The notes beneath the pieces are model-generated. The model searched no databases. It saw only the letters and a list, made by a program, of their open reading frames with translations, and had not been told where the DNA came from. Shown here in pieces: positions 1-12,800 of a DNA stretch of 64,000 nucleotides; positions within the stretch are counted from its first letter, which is position 1; each line of letters begins with the position of its first letter. The translations under genes and the position numbers were made by a program. The stretch comes from Phoronis australis (lineage: Eukaryota; Animalia; Phoronida), in the NCBI GenBank assembly GCA_002633005.1, contig NMRA01000277.1:62001-126000 (forward strand). The letters run 5' to 3'.

Positions 1-568
1 GATTTGTACGCTGAACTGATGAAGGTCCCTGCGAAACAACGTCTGTGTTGATTCCCGGCAGTGCCCGTCGCCACCCACGACAAGTGCGTTTTTGAAGCGA
101 GAAGCTCGCGAGCTGTGGCCAGTACAGTGACTGGAGTCAGTGGAGGCACTTCGTCTACTGTCACCCGTGCCTCCGAACGTACCCCAGAGCGTGCAATTCC
201 TAAAACCAGTAGTGATTCGCCCTGTGCTGTTTTCTCCAGCCCAGAGCCTCTAAGCAGCCCTGCAGCGATATTGAGTAGCGGGAGGGATTACAGGCTCAGT
301 TCGACACCCAGTGAAGAGGACAGTTCGTCGTCCAGTGAACAGATCGGTGAGCCAAACTTTGATAAGTTTACTGTGGACTGGTCTAAAGTGTTGAAGCTAT
401 TTAAAAGGTGCCAGGTGTGTGGCGAGGGAGTCACACGACACGGTGTAAGCAGTTTGGGTGCTCAGGTCACCATCCAGTGGGAGTGTGTCGCGGGACACTC
501 TGGCAAGTGGGACAGTTGTTCCTCTGTCCGTGGTATGCCGGAGGTCCACTTAACCATATCCAGTAGTG
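1..568 (+). pseudogene. Kolobok transposase N-terminal fragment (THAP C-terminal end, Ser-rich linker, CxxC...CxxGH Zn motif); DDE core missing
   Basis: Frame +1 reads DLYAELMKVPAKQRL..AVP (THAP-end-like, in-frame TGA at 49-51), then LKLFKRCQVCG...GAQVTIQWECVAGHSGKWDS...MPEVHLTISSS. Resemblance stops at about 568. Confidence 0.65.
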
Positions 569-857
569 GCTTGGCCTCGTCGAACTCTGAACAGCACAAG
601 CATTCCACTGAGGTAGGCATAACAACGCACACAGTGCATTTGCACCAAGATGTGTCACCACGTCTGTCCTCAGTAGCCGCCTCGTTTCTCTCAACAGCTG
701 CCTGTGCCTGTGCGTACTCTGCCTCGTTATACTCGGGCTCAAACATGTACCCACCCACTGAATGTCCTTGAAAAAAATCCTCGTCACCACTGCTGTGAAC
801 AAGGTCTCCGTCACTCACACTACTGTCACTGTGATACGGGTCACCGACTCCAGCCAT
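556..857 (-). pseudogene. KolX / P2X7 C-terminal (ballast, Nanor-like) Cys-rich protein, 5' fragment
   Basis: ATG at 857. An acidic N-terminus is followed by GYMFEPEY...RRGDTSWCKCTVCVVMPTSVECLCCSE, the YxFEP / WCxCxxC / ECxCC signature. It is truncated before the expected CIT-H motif. Confidence 0.75.
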
Positions 858-1075
858 TTTCAGCTTACAACACACTAAACAATCCCTAAATCCAACGTAG
901 TTGAGTTCTCTACTAACCTATCTTGCCGCAGAATACTCGCCGATGGAAATTGGTGGCGACAATTGTTGAAAAACAGCACAAAACAAAAGTAGAATAGAAC
1001 AGATTCGCACGGTAAAGTCAACGCAAAACCAAGAAGCGGGAAACGCTTGCCTCCTAAAACGTCACTTCCGGAGCA
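850..1075 (-). promoter_or_regulatory. Putative KolX promoter region
   Basis: ETS-like CCGGAAGTGACG on - (about 1059-1070) and YY1-like AAAATGGC overlapping the KolX ATG. Motif inspection only. Confidence 0.3.
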
Positions 1076-2034
1076 GCGGACGAGTAATTTATAAAATTAC
1101 GAAAAGCTGTAATTAAGTGGAAAATATGTCTAGGATAACTAACCAACCTTATTTTCGCTCAAAATGACATGGGAAAAGGTTGCCTTCGCCTTTAATCGCA
1201 TCCAGTGAAATGCAGCTTGGTGATCATAATCTTGAAAATGGCGCTCTTTTGTCTTATACGACACAGTTTGAACTTAAATAGCTTGGCAACACTCTAATTC
1301 TTCATATTTCAGAGAAAACACGATGGCCATCAAAACAAAACGTTACATTGCTAATTCTTTTCTTTTATGTTTTTTATTTTTGTGTAGAAGCTAAAACGCA
1401 AAAATCTGAGGTGCTCAAAATCCAGAAAACTGAAATGTTTACTTACGCCGACGTAAGAAAATTAGTACACCAGAAAACATAATTAAGGCCCTTAAACAAA
1501 CAACTAACATCGTGCAACGAAATAAATTAATCCGTTTTCAAACAGATTTCAATGAGTAATTTAATTAGAAGTGGCTTTCAGTAACCGATATAAACTTCAA
1601 TTTTTCCAGAGAAATCCTTTTTAGTGCCTGTAACGGAAAACTAATTCGGTGATTTATAGTAAATCAAAATACGAAAAATGAAAATTTCCAGTCACTTCGG
1701 CTTTTACCAGACAAATGAAATGCATTAGTGTTGTCCGGTTCAACCCTGCCGTGCACAAGGAAAATACAGCCGAAGTACTACCCACCATGAGTGTACAAGA
1801 TACCCTACTCATTCTTCTAAGAACACACGGATTGCTTAGCCTGATTTACCTAAATCATGCTAAGGCGTGAAGTGAGAAAATCTGTCTACATCTCGAAGTC
1901 AAAATACAGAAATGCCCATAAAACTTTTGGTTATTCGTAGTCATATTTCCGACTTTTGGATAAAGTCAAAAGACAAAAACCAACACAGAAGACATAACGT
2001 TTCGAGAAACACAAAAAACAGCTTTCAAAAAGTG

Positions 2035-2087
2035 AACTGGCCTATGGAGATGGCCGGAGAAATGATCGACCGAAACGTCGAGCCAAT
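2035..2087 (+). ncRNA. Decayed minimal hammerhead-ribozyme-like motif (Penelope pLTR type)
   Basis: TGGCCT-ATGGAGA-TGGCCGG..TCGACC-GAAA-CGTC-GAGCCA: stem I, degenerate CUGANGA core, stem II, GAAA, palindromic stem III with GUC. An antisense ACGTTTCG lies at about 1998. Confidence 0.4.
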
Positions 2088-3499
2088 GTAAATATAGACT
2101 AGAGGCTAGTGTAAATAGACAAATAGATTTTTAGAAATGAAAAAACTGACAGTTCGCTATTCCTTGAGACCATGGTTGGCGCATAAAATGACCAAGTTCA
2201 GTTGTATATCCTGGTCTCAAACAATAACAAACTGTCGCTAGAAGCCCTGAGATCACCTCAAATTTAAGACCAATTATTTAACGGCAGGTGTTCTAATTCA
2301 AACTATTTTGTGACGGAAGGCGAGTTTATCTTCGCTTTAAGTTCAGTTCATGTAAAGATGCGTCAATGAAATACAATGGATCCACTGTTAAGATTTTCAA
2401 ACCTGAAGTAATCTCAGACTATATCTTTTGGAGCCCATTCAATCCCTGAACTCGACTTACCGTATCAGTGCTGTAGCCCGCTGTTACATTAACTAAGAAT
2501 GAACATCATCCAACGCGGCATGTACAATAAAATTTTAATGAATTCAACACGCATTTGTTGGGTGCTTTGAGCCATACACAATCCAGTTTAACCCGATACA
2601 CCCGGCGATTAATTTAGACATGAAACATTTTAACTATAATGGAAACATGTATATTTAATCAGTTCAACTTAGAAAAGTAGCACATGCCTATTAGATGACT
2701 CGAATTTGTTTTGAATGACCGTTACAACGCCCACAGGGACAACAACAAACAAAATCTTGTTGCTGAAAAAAACAACGTTTTTCTTGCAAACTGACTAAAA
2801 TCTGCGGCAAAAATGCTACCAGCTGCTGAACCTGTATTCTACACAAGAAATATCAACTTCTATCAAGTACAGCTGTGTGAATGAGTAGGTACCGTCAATA
2901 ATTCCCCAGTCAATACTTATGAGCTGCTGGAATATGTAAAGTAAATATTTAAATTAATGAAATGCATTCATTCAAACGGTTGAGGTTTTTTTCAAGCAGC
3001 AGAAAAGAATATGAGTTGGGCACAGAGCACATCGAGAAAAGGTGGTCAGTGTCACTTGGCGAGACAGTGTTTACTTACAATACTACTACATGCATACATG
3101 GAGAAAGCTACGTCAACAAAATCATGTGAATTCCAAACTAAAATAATCTCAACAAAAGGCAGCATTCGACAAGCAGTAAATTGTGTACGAGACCAGGGTC
3201 AAAGAGAACAGCATGGTTGGCTCTGATCTAGCTCATAGGTGTTATCTTTGGTTTAACGAGACCCCTTCATATATTTTTACACAGACAGTTTCATCAAATG
3301 ATGAAAATCAATAAAGCAATACTTCGTAAATTGCAGTCCTCACTCGATGTTTATGCGTTTTTATTGTCAATTCAAAAAACCGAATATTAATGTCGTTCAG
3401 CAGTGGCTGCCATCTTTTTGGTGCTCCGCCAGAAATCCAAAAATAATTTTTGAAAACTCAAGATTTAATTCTGTTAATTTTTAAACCATTCGATATGGT

Positions 3500-4700
3500 A
3501 CTGAAAGAGAATCATTTGGTTAAAAGTTTAAGCAAGGTTGATTTGCTGTCAAATATCTTTCATTAAATGTTTAACGGGAAGGAAGCGAAAAGATATAGCC
3601 GTCTGGTTTACGATATATAGATTGCATAAATATAAGGTTCTCAAAGGATAAAGAAAATCAAAGTCTTTTAGAAATATTTCAAAATTTATAGACAAAATTA
3701 TGAAACGATAAGCCTGGCGAAGTGAAGTAAGCTTCCAGCTTTTCATGTACGTTCTTAGACTACTACCACGGTGCCCTGTATTTGGCAACTCGGGCAAAGT
3801 GTTATTCGTAATCTTAGAACGCAATGTAAGTCTTGGAAGACAGAAACTCCTATAACAACGCTTTTCTCTAAACGGCCAACCATACATGTATACATAGTGT
3901 AAACGTTTCATGTTACCTGATGCTGACCATAAACACAGAGCATTGAAAGCCATAGTCCACTTCTCATCGCGGATATTGGAGCATTCTGATTGAAGGTTGC
4001 GGAAATATAAACAAAAAACGCTCCTTACCGAAGTTAAGTTAACACATCCCGTCGTTCTGACCATGGATTCCTACTAACAACGAAACAGATCCCGACAAGA
4101 AAAACGAACTCCTTTCACGAACTTAAGGTGATGCCAGATTCCAGCTGCTGTTTACAATTCCATAGACTTCCTCCTTCAGCCAGTAAGTGGACAGAACTCG
4201 AAGTTATGAATGCAGTTCGACCGTCTCAGTATCATCGAGATAAGGACACAGTTACTAAACCGAGTTGAATCCACCCGACTGGTTCAATTAAAGAAGCATT
4301 AAGTTATTATAACCATGTATAAACCGCACGAAGCAAGTAGCGATCGGTACACGCTCGACTTTATTGGCTAAGGGAAACCAAGATAATTATCTGGTTCGTC
4401 TCATAATTAAACAGGTTTTAAACACAACGGAGATCTACAACAAAACTGCGCCGGTAAATGGGAGTAAAGAAAATCAATTTCAGGGTGTAATCGACCACAC
4501 GTTATAGAATTTGTCTCAACGTTTACCAAGTGAAGCGGCGGTGCGTGCTGTATAGATTTATAATTAGTACAATGCACGTTCCACAGATTACAAATTTTAC
4601 AATATACATGCAAATTGCTAGACAGGAGCTTACTTTAATGCAGTTTAGTTGATAAATTGTTGTTAATATCATTTACATATTTCTATAAATTTGTTTACAA
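3500..4700 (-). mobile_element. Decayed non-LTR retrotransposon ORF2, RT C-terminal part
   Basis: Degenerate motifs in the expected order across frames: LHVYCKICNLW, NYLGF, EEVYG (cf. YGSEVWG), HLKFVKGV, SSLRTYMKS (cf. SKLRTY), TAISFRFLPVKHL. Many stops and frameshifts. Confidence 0.45.
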
Positions 4701-6019
4701 AATTTATGGCCTTGGCCCACATGTGCGCGAGGTAACTTTTCCCCGAGAGCAGTGGTGTAAAAAACGAAATTCAAGATGTTAATTTGAGTTGCAGGCTCCA
4801 ATGTTTTTATTTTTGTAAATTTATACTTATTTGAGTCACGCCAGAAATCAGGTACATGCAGTTCTCAGGGTGCAGTACATGTAAGAAACACAAATAAAAC
4901 GATTTTAATCCCCAGAATGCGACATGCATAAACAGCACACAGGGTACTTCCGATCCACAAGAGTACCTTTCTGTATCAAGATATGATTAGCGCAACGTTA
5001 TTTAGCTGATAGAAAATAAAGGGAAAGCCAAGCAACAAGTAGGAATCCATTTCAAAGTCAATTTTAATTAAATAAGGAATATGTACCAAGTATTGAGGTA
5101 TTCTCCACAGCAAAGTTCGAGTCTATATACACACAAATACACATACACGTAATATACATTACATATGCATACATAATAACGTATACGTATATGCATGTAC
5201 TAGCCGTTACCAGATAGCAGCTAGTGGGAAATTCTGAGAGGAAATAGTTACACTTTCAAGTGAACATTAGTGTTCATCGCAAGAGACAGGAATACATCTT
5301 CAAGAGACCGTGTTCAAAGCTTCAATCAGAATTTCTGTCACTGTCAGATTTTAGTAGGCAAGGTGTGCGGCTGCGGGATTCTTTTCCCAGGCAGTACGAA
5401 TTTCTTTCCAGAACATTTGACCCTACCGTAACATAAAGTACGGTAATCAGATATTCTTTAAAGTGAAAACTAAGAAAGCATAGTACACAAACTACATAAT
5501 TGTATTTACAAAAGTCGTATCATAAATGTACATACTGAGGTAGAAAATAGCTCAGAAAGTATGAAGACATATCGTCAACATATACAGCTAGGTAGCCGTC
5601 TGTTGAGCTCTGTTAGTCACCGAAATATTTCACACAACCCGGATGCTCAGCTCGTCACCTCGTCGTGAAACTTATATATAGAGCTAACGACCGGCAGGGG
5701 TGCATACAGAATCTGGGAATCAACGGACACTCGCCTTGTCCGTTACAGCCGTTTACAGAAGTAAAGAAACAATCTAATAAACGTTATTTTTGCGTAATTC
5801 TTCACCTTTCGTAACAAAGAAAGGTCTGTCGTCGTTTTGAAAACAGTGCATACTCGTGACATGAGCACGTACGTGCCATTTCCTAAAATTTTGCAATATC
5901 TCTTGAGAGTTTGTTCTGAAATTGGGTTTTCTGGTATTAAAATACTAAAAACTTGTAACGAAATGAAACCAGTTCCGATTGTTATGACATGTACGCAACC
6001 TCACAGTTGATTGAAGAAT

Positions 6020-6485
6020 CGGAGAAACTGGCCAATAGGTGATACAATGGCGCCGAAAGCCAACACAAAAGAGCGCATCACATTTTCAGCACCAGAATAA
6101 CGGTAGAACGCCAATTCTTCCAAAACCGGTAAATACTTTAGTTTACTCAAGTAAGTGTGTATTTTTAATGACATCATTAATTTTGTCGGCGACAGGGCCG
6201 ATGAATTATATACGCGAAAAAAACCGGAGGGAGCGAAATTAAGCCGACGGACTGACGTCACTCAAGCCGTTGAGCCGACGAACTTACGTCACCAAGGCCA
6301 GTACGAAGCTGGCCACCCTGCCTCCGCGTCCGCGAAAAAGCGGCCCGCGGGAAAGAAATAGAACACCTCGAATCTAAATAGGGGGCCGGTGCACTACCAA
6401 GGTGATGCCGAAACGGGCGTAACGAAGGTCTGTATTGGCGAGAGAGAGACGGAGTTTGCGCGAACGATGCAGTTTGCATATTAAA
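6020..6485. promoter_or_regulatory. CpG-rich island-like segment with CRE and CCAAT motifs
   Basis: Local GC/CpG enrichment; TGACGTCA at 6253-6260, TTACGTCA at about 6284, CCAAT at about 6032. No linked gene found; may be a transposon end. Confidence 0.25.
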
Positions 6486-7159
6486 TACATATTGAGTATC
6501 ATAAGGAGTCAGTCTTCTCTCTATTCTATTTTACAATATTGCGAGTCAACAATACAGATGTTCATTCAATTATTCACACAGTGTATATCATTAATCAATG
6601 AAGCAGAAGGTTCGCGTTTACGAGACAACTCTTGTAGAGTTCATTTTACAAATGAAAAAATCATAGAAAATAAGCAAATACTATACAGGATAGCATGGCT
6701 ACTACTCAGAAATGAAATGTAATTTAGCCGTGACTATCAAGGTTTCAAATCTTCATTGGAACATGAATTTTAATTACAGAAGCATCCACCTTTAAATTAT
6801 ACGATTAATATTCACCAAGGTGGAATATTTAATGCAAAAAATATATATCTATAACATGCCCCCCCCCCCAAGGCAGTTAAAGTTCGCTAAAAACGCCCTT
6901 TGAAAGTTCTGATGGTCCGCCTCAGGCTTAGCTAGAACAATTTCTTCTCTAAACCACTCAAGGATCGAAGTGTTCCATCGTTTTTTTGCTCCCAGTTTTT
7001 CCCGGAATTGGGAAAATAAACGTTATTTATTCACACATATTGTCCATAAGACATGTTAGGTTGTAGAAAATCTGGCGTCTGCTAATTCTATTTTCCTCAG
7101 AGAATTCTCTCAATTCTGCGCTGAGACTGATTTCAGAAAATCACTCAACAATATGAAAA

Positions 7160-7405
7160 AATGAGTACGTACTTGCATTTTTAAAAGAATATGGAGTAGG
7201 AATATTGATGAATTATCAACCACGATACATTCATCAAATCCATGTCAAGATCGCATCGCAGCACGACTGAAAGGTTGAGGGCCCCTGCGCCTCAACCTCA
7301 CCCAAGGAACCACGCGCACGGCAGGGTCGAAACTAAATGAAGTCAGTAGCCCACCCTGTCCTTGCCAGTCTTCACGAAGTCAGAGTGTCCCATTCAGTCT
7401 TCTTA
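7160..7405. repeat. Dispersed repeat, block A copy 1
   Basis: Colinear similarity to 17423-17670, e.g. shared TAGGAATATTGATGAATTATCAACCACGA and GGGTCGAAACTAA. Confidence 0.85.
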
Positions 7406-8395
7406 TATTTAAAACCGGTTGGTCGCCGCAGCCCTGCCGACCCGTGCCCTAGATGTTGTCCCTGCAGCCGAGAACAGACAATCGGGGTAATGAACTGTCA
7501 GAGTTCTGGTTTCGGAATTGTGGAAATTTGAAGTAACGAATGAAGGTTGCGAACCTTCGGAGTAGTGAGCCTTTGACAAAGTGACATGTAACCTTGGAAA
7601 TCTTTTCCATAAAGTTTGTTGCTCGTATGAAGTCTGCAGGGCTGTGCACCATTGACAATGATTGACAAAAGAAGACTTTCTTCATTGACCAAACGTGAGG
7701 TCTAGGCCTCCTTTCCCGAATAAAGTGAACATGCACATCGTTTTTTTTTCAGTGCAAGAAAACACAATAGTTAAATGCTTGGTTTTTGAGCACGACAGAG
7801 GACTTCCTAGAATGAACTTGCTGTCAGCGTGTAGGCCTACTGAATTTAAAAGACGGAAACGCACCCACTTGTACAGTACATGAATGCATGTCAATCCATC
7901 CACAATCAAAGTGGACACTGGATGAAGAACGTATGTACGTATTTGACGATCGCTTTTAATTCGAAAGTTGAAAATGCCTGTACATTACAGTGCTATGCTA
8001 GCAATTATACGGAAATAGCAGAATAACAAACATCAATTTTCAGCTGTTTTGTTTCTTGGCAGATTTTAAGGCATTCGCAACGCACTGCGTTTTGGGAGGT
8101 CTCTCGCTGCTATATACATTTACACATGTAGCTTACTTAGGTCATGGGACTAGAGTTCTATGCCTACACTGTAGTTCATGATAGATATTCACTTCTAAAC
8201 TCCCTTGTTACACTTTGGTGTAGCAAACAGACGCGTTCAATACTGATAAATAACATAAAGCCTCCTCTTATCGTCTGCACGATCGTCATCTACACAAGCA
8301 CCACTCGGGCGAAGTTGGCCGGGTACGGCCCGATGACACGTGAAGCGCTTTGAATTAGGAAGCAAACTCAAAATTATTGATAACTTATTTATCAT

Positions 8396-8534
8396 TGTAG
8401 TTAGTAGTACCAGTAGCTGCAACAATCTTGTTGAATTTGTTCATCTATATCCTGTCTTTAACGGATTTGCAAGGGGTGCACCTTTTCCGCGGGGGTCGAT
8501 CGAACCCCCCCGAACCCCCCTGGCGACGGGCCTG
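8396..8534. repeat. Dispersed repeat, block B copy 1 (ends in a poly-C MITE-like terminus)
   Basis: TGTAGTTAG.AGTACCAGTAGCTGCAACAAT...CGAACCCCCCTGGC.ACGGGC is shared with 17733-17850. Confidence 0.8.
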
Positions 8535-8652
8535 CAACCCTTTAATACTCTTTATTGGTAATGACCACCTGCCATCATGTTGATTCCCGTACAATTGATG
8601 TTACTTTAATATCTTTTCGTACCACCTGAAATGTGGAACCCCTTTACAACGC

Positions 8653-9761
8653 ACAGAACCCTGTTTAGAACGTTTTTATTTTTTAAATATTAGCACACTC
8701 CCAAAAATCGCTTTCTCATTATATCCAGGTCCTCATTTACTCCCTTGCATGCATTCAAGTAAGACCGAGCTCAGAGGGGTAGGAGACACCTTTATGAGAT
8801 GCTCGATTGCCTGCCAGTAAAGACAGAATTTGAACTGGGGTCTCCCTAATGGGAGTATGGAGCTCAAACGACTGCGCCACACGTTCTCCTCGATAAAGAG
8901 ACATAATCGGTTTTACAATTGAAAATGCATTGTTGGGGATTGTTGGTGGATGGGAAAGAATTCTTGAAATTATTAGCTTTGGCCAAAGAATTATAAAACA
9001 GCAAAATCATTTGTTTTTGTGTATTTATCGCCAATTCCCGTCAAGGGGTTCCAGTCATTCGGTAGAGTTATTTGAAAACGAGACCGGTTGCATTATCATT
9101 GAATGCACTGGTAATTTTATTGCAATTCACCAGTTTTCACAACTGTCTTCCAGCCATTCGCTGAAAACAATGACGGTGACTCCACGAATTTTATTCGCGT
9201 AAAATGNACAGAACCCTGTTTAGAACGTTTTTATTTTTTAAATATTAGCACACTCCCAAAAATCGCTTTCTCATTATATCCAGGTCCTCATTTACTCCCT
9301 TGCATGCATTCAAGTAAGACCGAGCTCAGACGGGTAGGAGACACCTTTATGAGATGCTCGATTGCCTGCCAGTAAAGACAGAATTTGAACTGGGGTCTCC
9401 CTAATGGGAGTATGGAGCTCAAACGACTGCGCCACACGTTCTCCTCGATAAAGAGACATAATCGGTTTTACTATTGAAAATGCATTGTTGGGGATTGTTG
9501 GTGGATGGGAAAGAATTCTTGAAATTATTAGCTTTGGCCAAAGAATTATAAAACAGCAAAATCATTTGTTTTTGTGTATTTATCGCCAATTCCCGTCAAG
9601 GGGTTCCAGTCATTCGGTAGAGTTATTTGAAAACGAGACCGGTTGCATTATCATTGAATGCACTGGTAATTTTATTGCAATTCACCAGTTTTCACAACTG
9701 TCTTCCAGCCATTCGCTGAAAACAATGACGGTGACTCCACGAATTTTATTCGCGTAAAATG
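8653..9761. repeat. 554-bp direct tandem duplication across a single N (probable assembly/haplotype artefact)
   Basis: 8653-9206 matches 9208-9761 with N at 9207. The only differences I saw are 8776G/9331C and 8917A/9472T. Confidence 0.9.
8725..8885 (-). mobile_element. tRNA-derived SINE (second copy at about 9280-9440)
   Basis: On -: A-box-like GTGGCGCAGTCG and B-box-like AGTTCAAATTC, then a GTAAATGAGGACCTGG core motif typical of invertebrate SINE bodies. Confidence 0.55.
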
Positions 9762-9860
9762 ATATGGAAAGCGTTAGATTGCGATCGCGCGGGGAATTGC
9801 AAGTTCGATTCCTCGCTTAGCCAGAACTCCTCAGAAAATCACTTTTCTCGCCTATTACTT
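9700..9860 (+). mobile_element. Repeat with tRNA-like head (SINE-like); homologous to 40285-40430
   Basis: AGCGTTAGATTGCGA...GTTCGATTCCTCGCT...CCTCAGAAAATCACTTTTCTCGCC, with a B-box GTTCGATTC. Confidence 0.55.
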
Positions 9861-12800
9861 TCTTTTATCTAGTGAGGTTTAACACAACCAGCAATGTGTT
9901 GGACTGTGACCGATGAGGTTTTGAGTGTTAGGGCTGATCTCAGAAAATACTTTTCTCAGTGTTAACAAAGATATAACGAAAAACATCCAAGTCTTGATTT
10001 TACCTAGCATATGTCCTTTGCAAATCACCCTTACTTACAAAGCACTGTCGTTAGGACGTGCAAAGTTCGAAAGTAGATTGATGTACGCTGTAACGAAGTT
10101 CAACTACTGATACTCTGAAGCACCTATTCATGTATCTCCGATACGTCATGGGTAACCTTGGCAACTAGGATGTGCATTTAGCATATCTTCAAAACTAAAA
10201 AAAAAATAATAAAGCACAAATATAGACAACCTAAAATTCAATTTTGAATTTTATTTTAATTTCCCCTTGATTTAGTTCACGTGACCACATTTCAGGTGTA
10301 ACACAGTAATAAGGAAAACAACGAGAATTTACCAATAACATCACTAAATTTTGTTTGATTGGTCTCAAAAGAAGTTTTTCGTCCCCACTTCATACAACTT
10401 TTGAGACGGAAATCACTAATTTTCTTTGAAATCTTTAATTTTTTTCAACGAAACCTTGCGCGAAAGTGAAAAAATTAAAACAATTCATAACATTAATAGT
10501 CAATATATCCTGGATACGTGGTTTGAATCTTTTAAGATACACATTCCGAAGTTGGACAAATATTGACATTTTTTTGGAGTTACTCCTCAATTACATGTGT
10601 AGATGGAGCCTGAAAAGGTTAAAGCTATGTGCAGTGCCAGGCTATTTTAAACAAAACATTAATTTAGTCTACAAATTTCATTATAGTAACAGACAAGGAA
10701 CTTAAAAGGAATAAATCGATTGGGTTTTGTGATATCATTAGAACTCGCCGATTCCGCCGAGAGCTTCCAGTCATTCGGCAGAATTATCCGAAATCGAGGC
10801 CGGAGACCTTATGAGTTGAATGTACTGGACTACTTGCCGAATTGTGATTTTACACATTTTTAAGTATAAGCGGAATATGTCGACAGTGGAATTAAATGAA
10901 ATAAAGATCGTCCTTGACCAGATGTACAGCGTGTTGGTCCACTAAACAGTAGTTCTCGCTTGACATATTTATCAAGTAAAATGTTCGAAAAAATTTGCAA
11001 TGCTGTTCAACGGTATTCGGAATTTCGTTGGCAACATACACAACTAGATTACGATAGAACAATCCTCTATTCGCGTGATCTTCCCAAATATTCGCAATCC
11101 GAAATTATTAGAAATCTAGGCTGGGTTGCATAAAACTTCAAAATTATCGGCTGGATAAGTTTGAATGTTGCATGACGTCAGGTGCATTGTTCAACAATAA
11201 CGTGGCGCGTGATAATGCGACGTCATTGTTGCTACGCGGCGTATAACTCTTATGCAACTGGGCCCTGTAGCTTAAAGCCGCTAGAAATCGTGTTCAGCTT
11301 CGACTTTCTTCACAAGTGCATTTGCTTTTCTAAAGACCGACACCTCATTGCTTTCTTGCTGTGTGTGAATCCCCTGACAGTCGTACTGATGCAGCGGACC
11401 AAAAGTGAGAAAATAATGACACTTTTCCACATTTGCCATTTGCCTCGCACAACAAAAGGCAAAGTGATGCCGAAAAAGCCCCCATAAGGTTTTTTCGTTT
11501 TCCGATTACTGCTTCCGAAAAATGCCCGACGGGGTCTTGTGTTGGTGGGCGCTCTTTCTGAAATTCTCGGTATATGATCAACATGTGGCAGTTTAGCTGA
11601 ATATTTGGGATATTTCTCAGAAACCATAAGACTCAGTGGGCGGCTGGCGATATGTGCTAGACATTGGACGTCATGGAACAGAGCGGTGGCCATCTGGGGT
11701 CACATTTTATTTCGGCAAAGTTGACATGGTCTTTTGATACGTGTCACTTTATCAAAACGGAAACTCACGCAAAATAAGGACAACTTTAAAAACCTTTCGG
11801 CAGATTTGCGTAACTGGACAGGGAAGTTCCAGGAAAGGCAATTTTATCACAACATACGCCCTCTTGGCGTCATAAGCAAAAACGGTCATAAAAGTCATCC
11901 TTCCGAGCTTCACGTCCCGTATGTACATCTCTGCTATGGGAGTATTGAGACATCTCTCTTGGGGCGACGCTCAACCGATAAACAAGAAACTTGCATGAGT
12001 GCCAGATGAAATTTTCCGGGAATGTTTATGACTGTCTGTAGTACATACAGCTTATGATTTGGTGTCTGCTTTGCATACCATTTAAAAAGTATCAAGCAAT
12101 TTTAAAGTTAGTAAGTACACTTTTGATGATAATTCAGGATGCCACAAAAATAACCAAGAATCCAGTCAAAGTGTTAAAAGTACATACTATAACTTACATG
12201 ACCGCGAGGCATATGGTACAATGGGCGATATTACGTAAAACATCCCCGACTCTCGGCAGGGCTCCCACAAGTGCAACCATATAGGTGGGTAGACGTGAAA
12301 TCAAGTGCACAAATTAGGGCTCTCAACTCCTTAGACGACATTCATAATGGACACTTGAACGATGGCCTATTCACGTTCTCTCATGCTCTAACAATCAGCG
12401 GATCGCCACTTTTCTGCGACGCAACAATGAATGACCGGAATAGCTGAAGCATACCTATGGAAAATCAAATTTGAGTACACGTCACTTGGAGGTCAGGAAG
12501 TTGGAAATGTGTTTTCGGTTCTTACATTGTCATACTTTAATAACTGCCTGGTCAGTAGATTGAGTACCGAATGCTGTCAAAATACAATGTTTACATCTTG
12601 ATTAGGGAACAATTTCATCACAAACTCGAAAGCCTTCGTTATCAGAGCGGGATGTCTGATGGCAGCTGCTACAGCAAAAGAGTAGTCAAATGTGCACAGT
12701 GCATTGTGTTCACGACCGGAAACAGCGATTCGTCGTGCATTTGTGTGGTGAGTCTACTTACTGTATATTGAACCACCTTACGATATGGACTGAGTGCAAT

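Larger units (their letters stand above)
1..1191 (+). mobile_element. Kolobok-family DNA transposon, internally deleted; left end lies outside the window
   Basis: Convergent transposase-like (+) and KolX-like (-) ORF fragments. The right terminus ...TTGCCTTCGCCT (ends 1191) is followed by TTAA (1192-1195), matching the Kolobok RR..YY end and TTAA target site. Confidence 0.75.

Noticed and set aside
462-875. Host P2X7 receptor gene
   Set aside because: Only the Cys-rich cytoplasmic-type motif is present, with no transmembrane or ectodomain exons, and it sits inside a Kolobok terminus.
8930-9757. Two identical 90-aa ORFs as a duplicated gene
   Set aside because: They lie in the N-joined duplication, start at TTG, overlap repeat sequence and show no recognisable motif.
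9770-9830. Functional tRNA gene (also about 8830-8885, 15900-15945, 17910-17977, 40350)
   Set aside because: A/B-box remnants only, with no complete cloverleaf; consistent with SINE heads.
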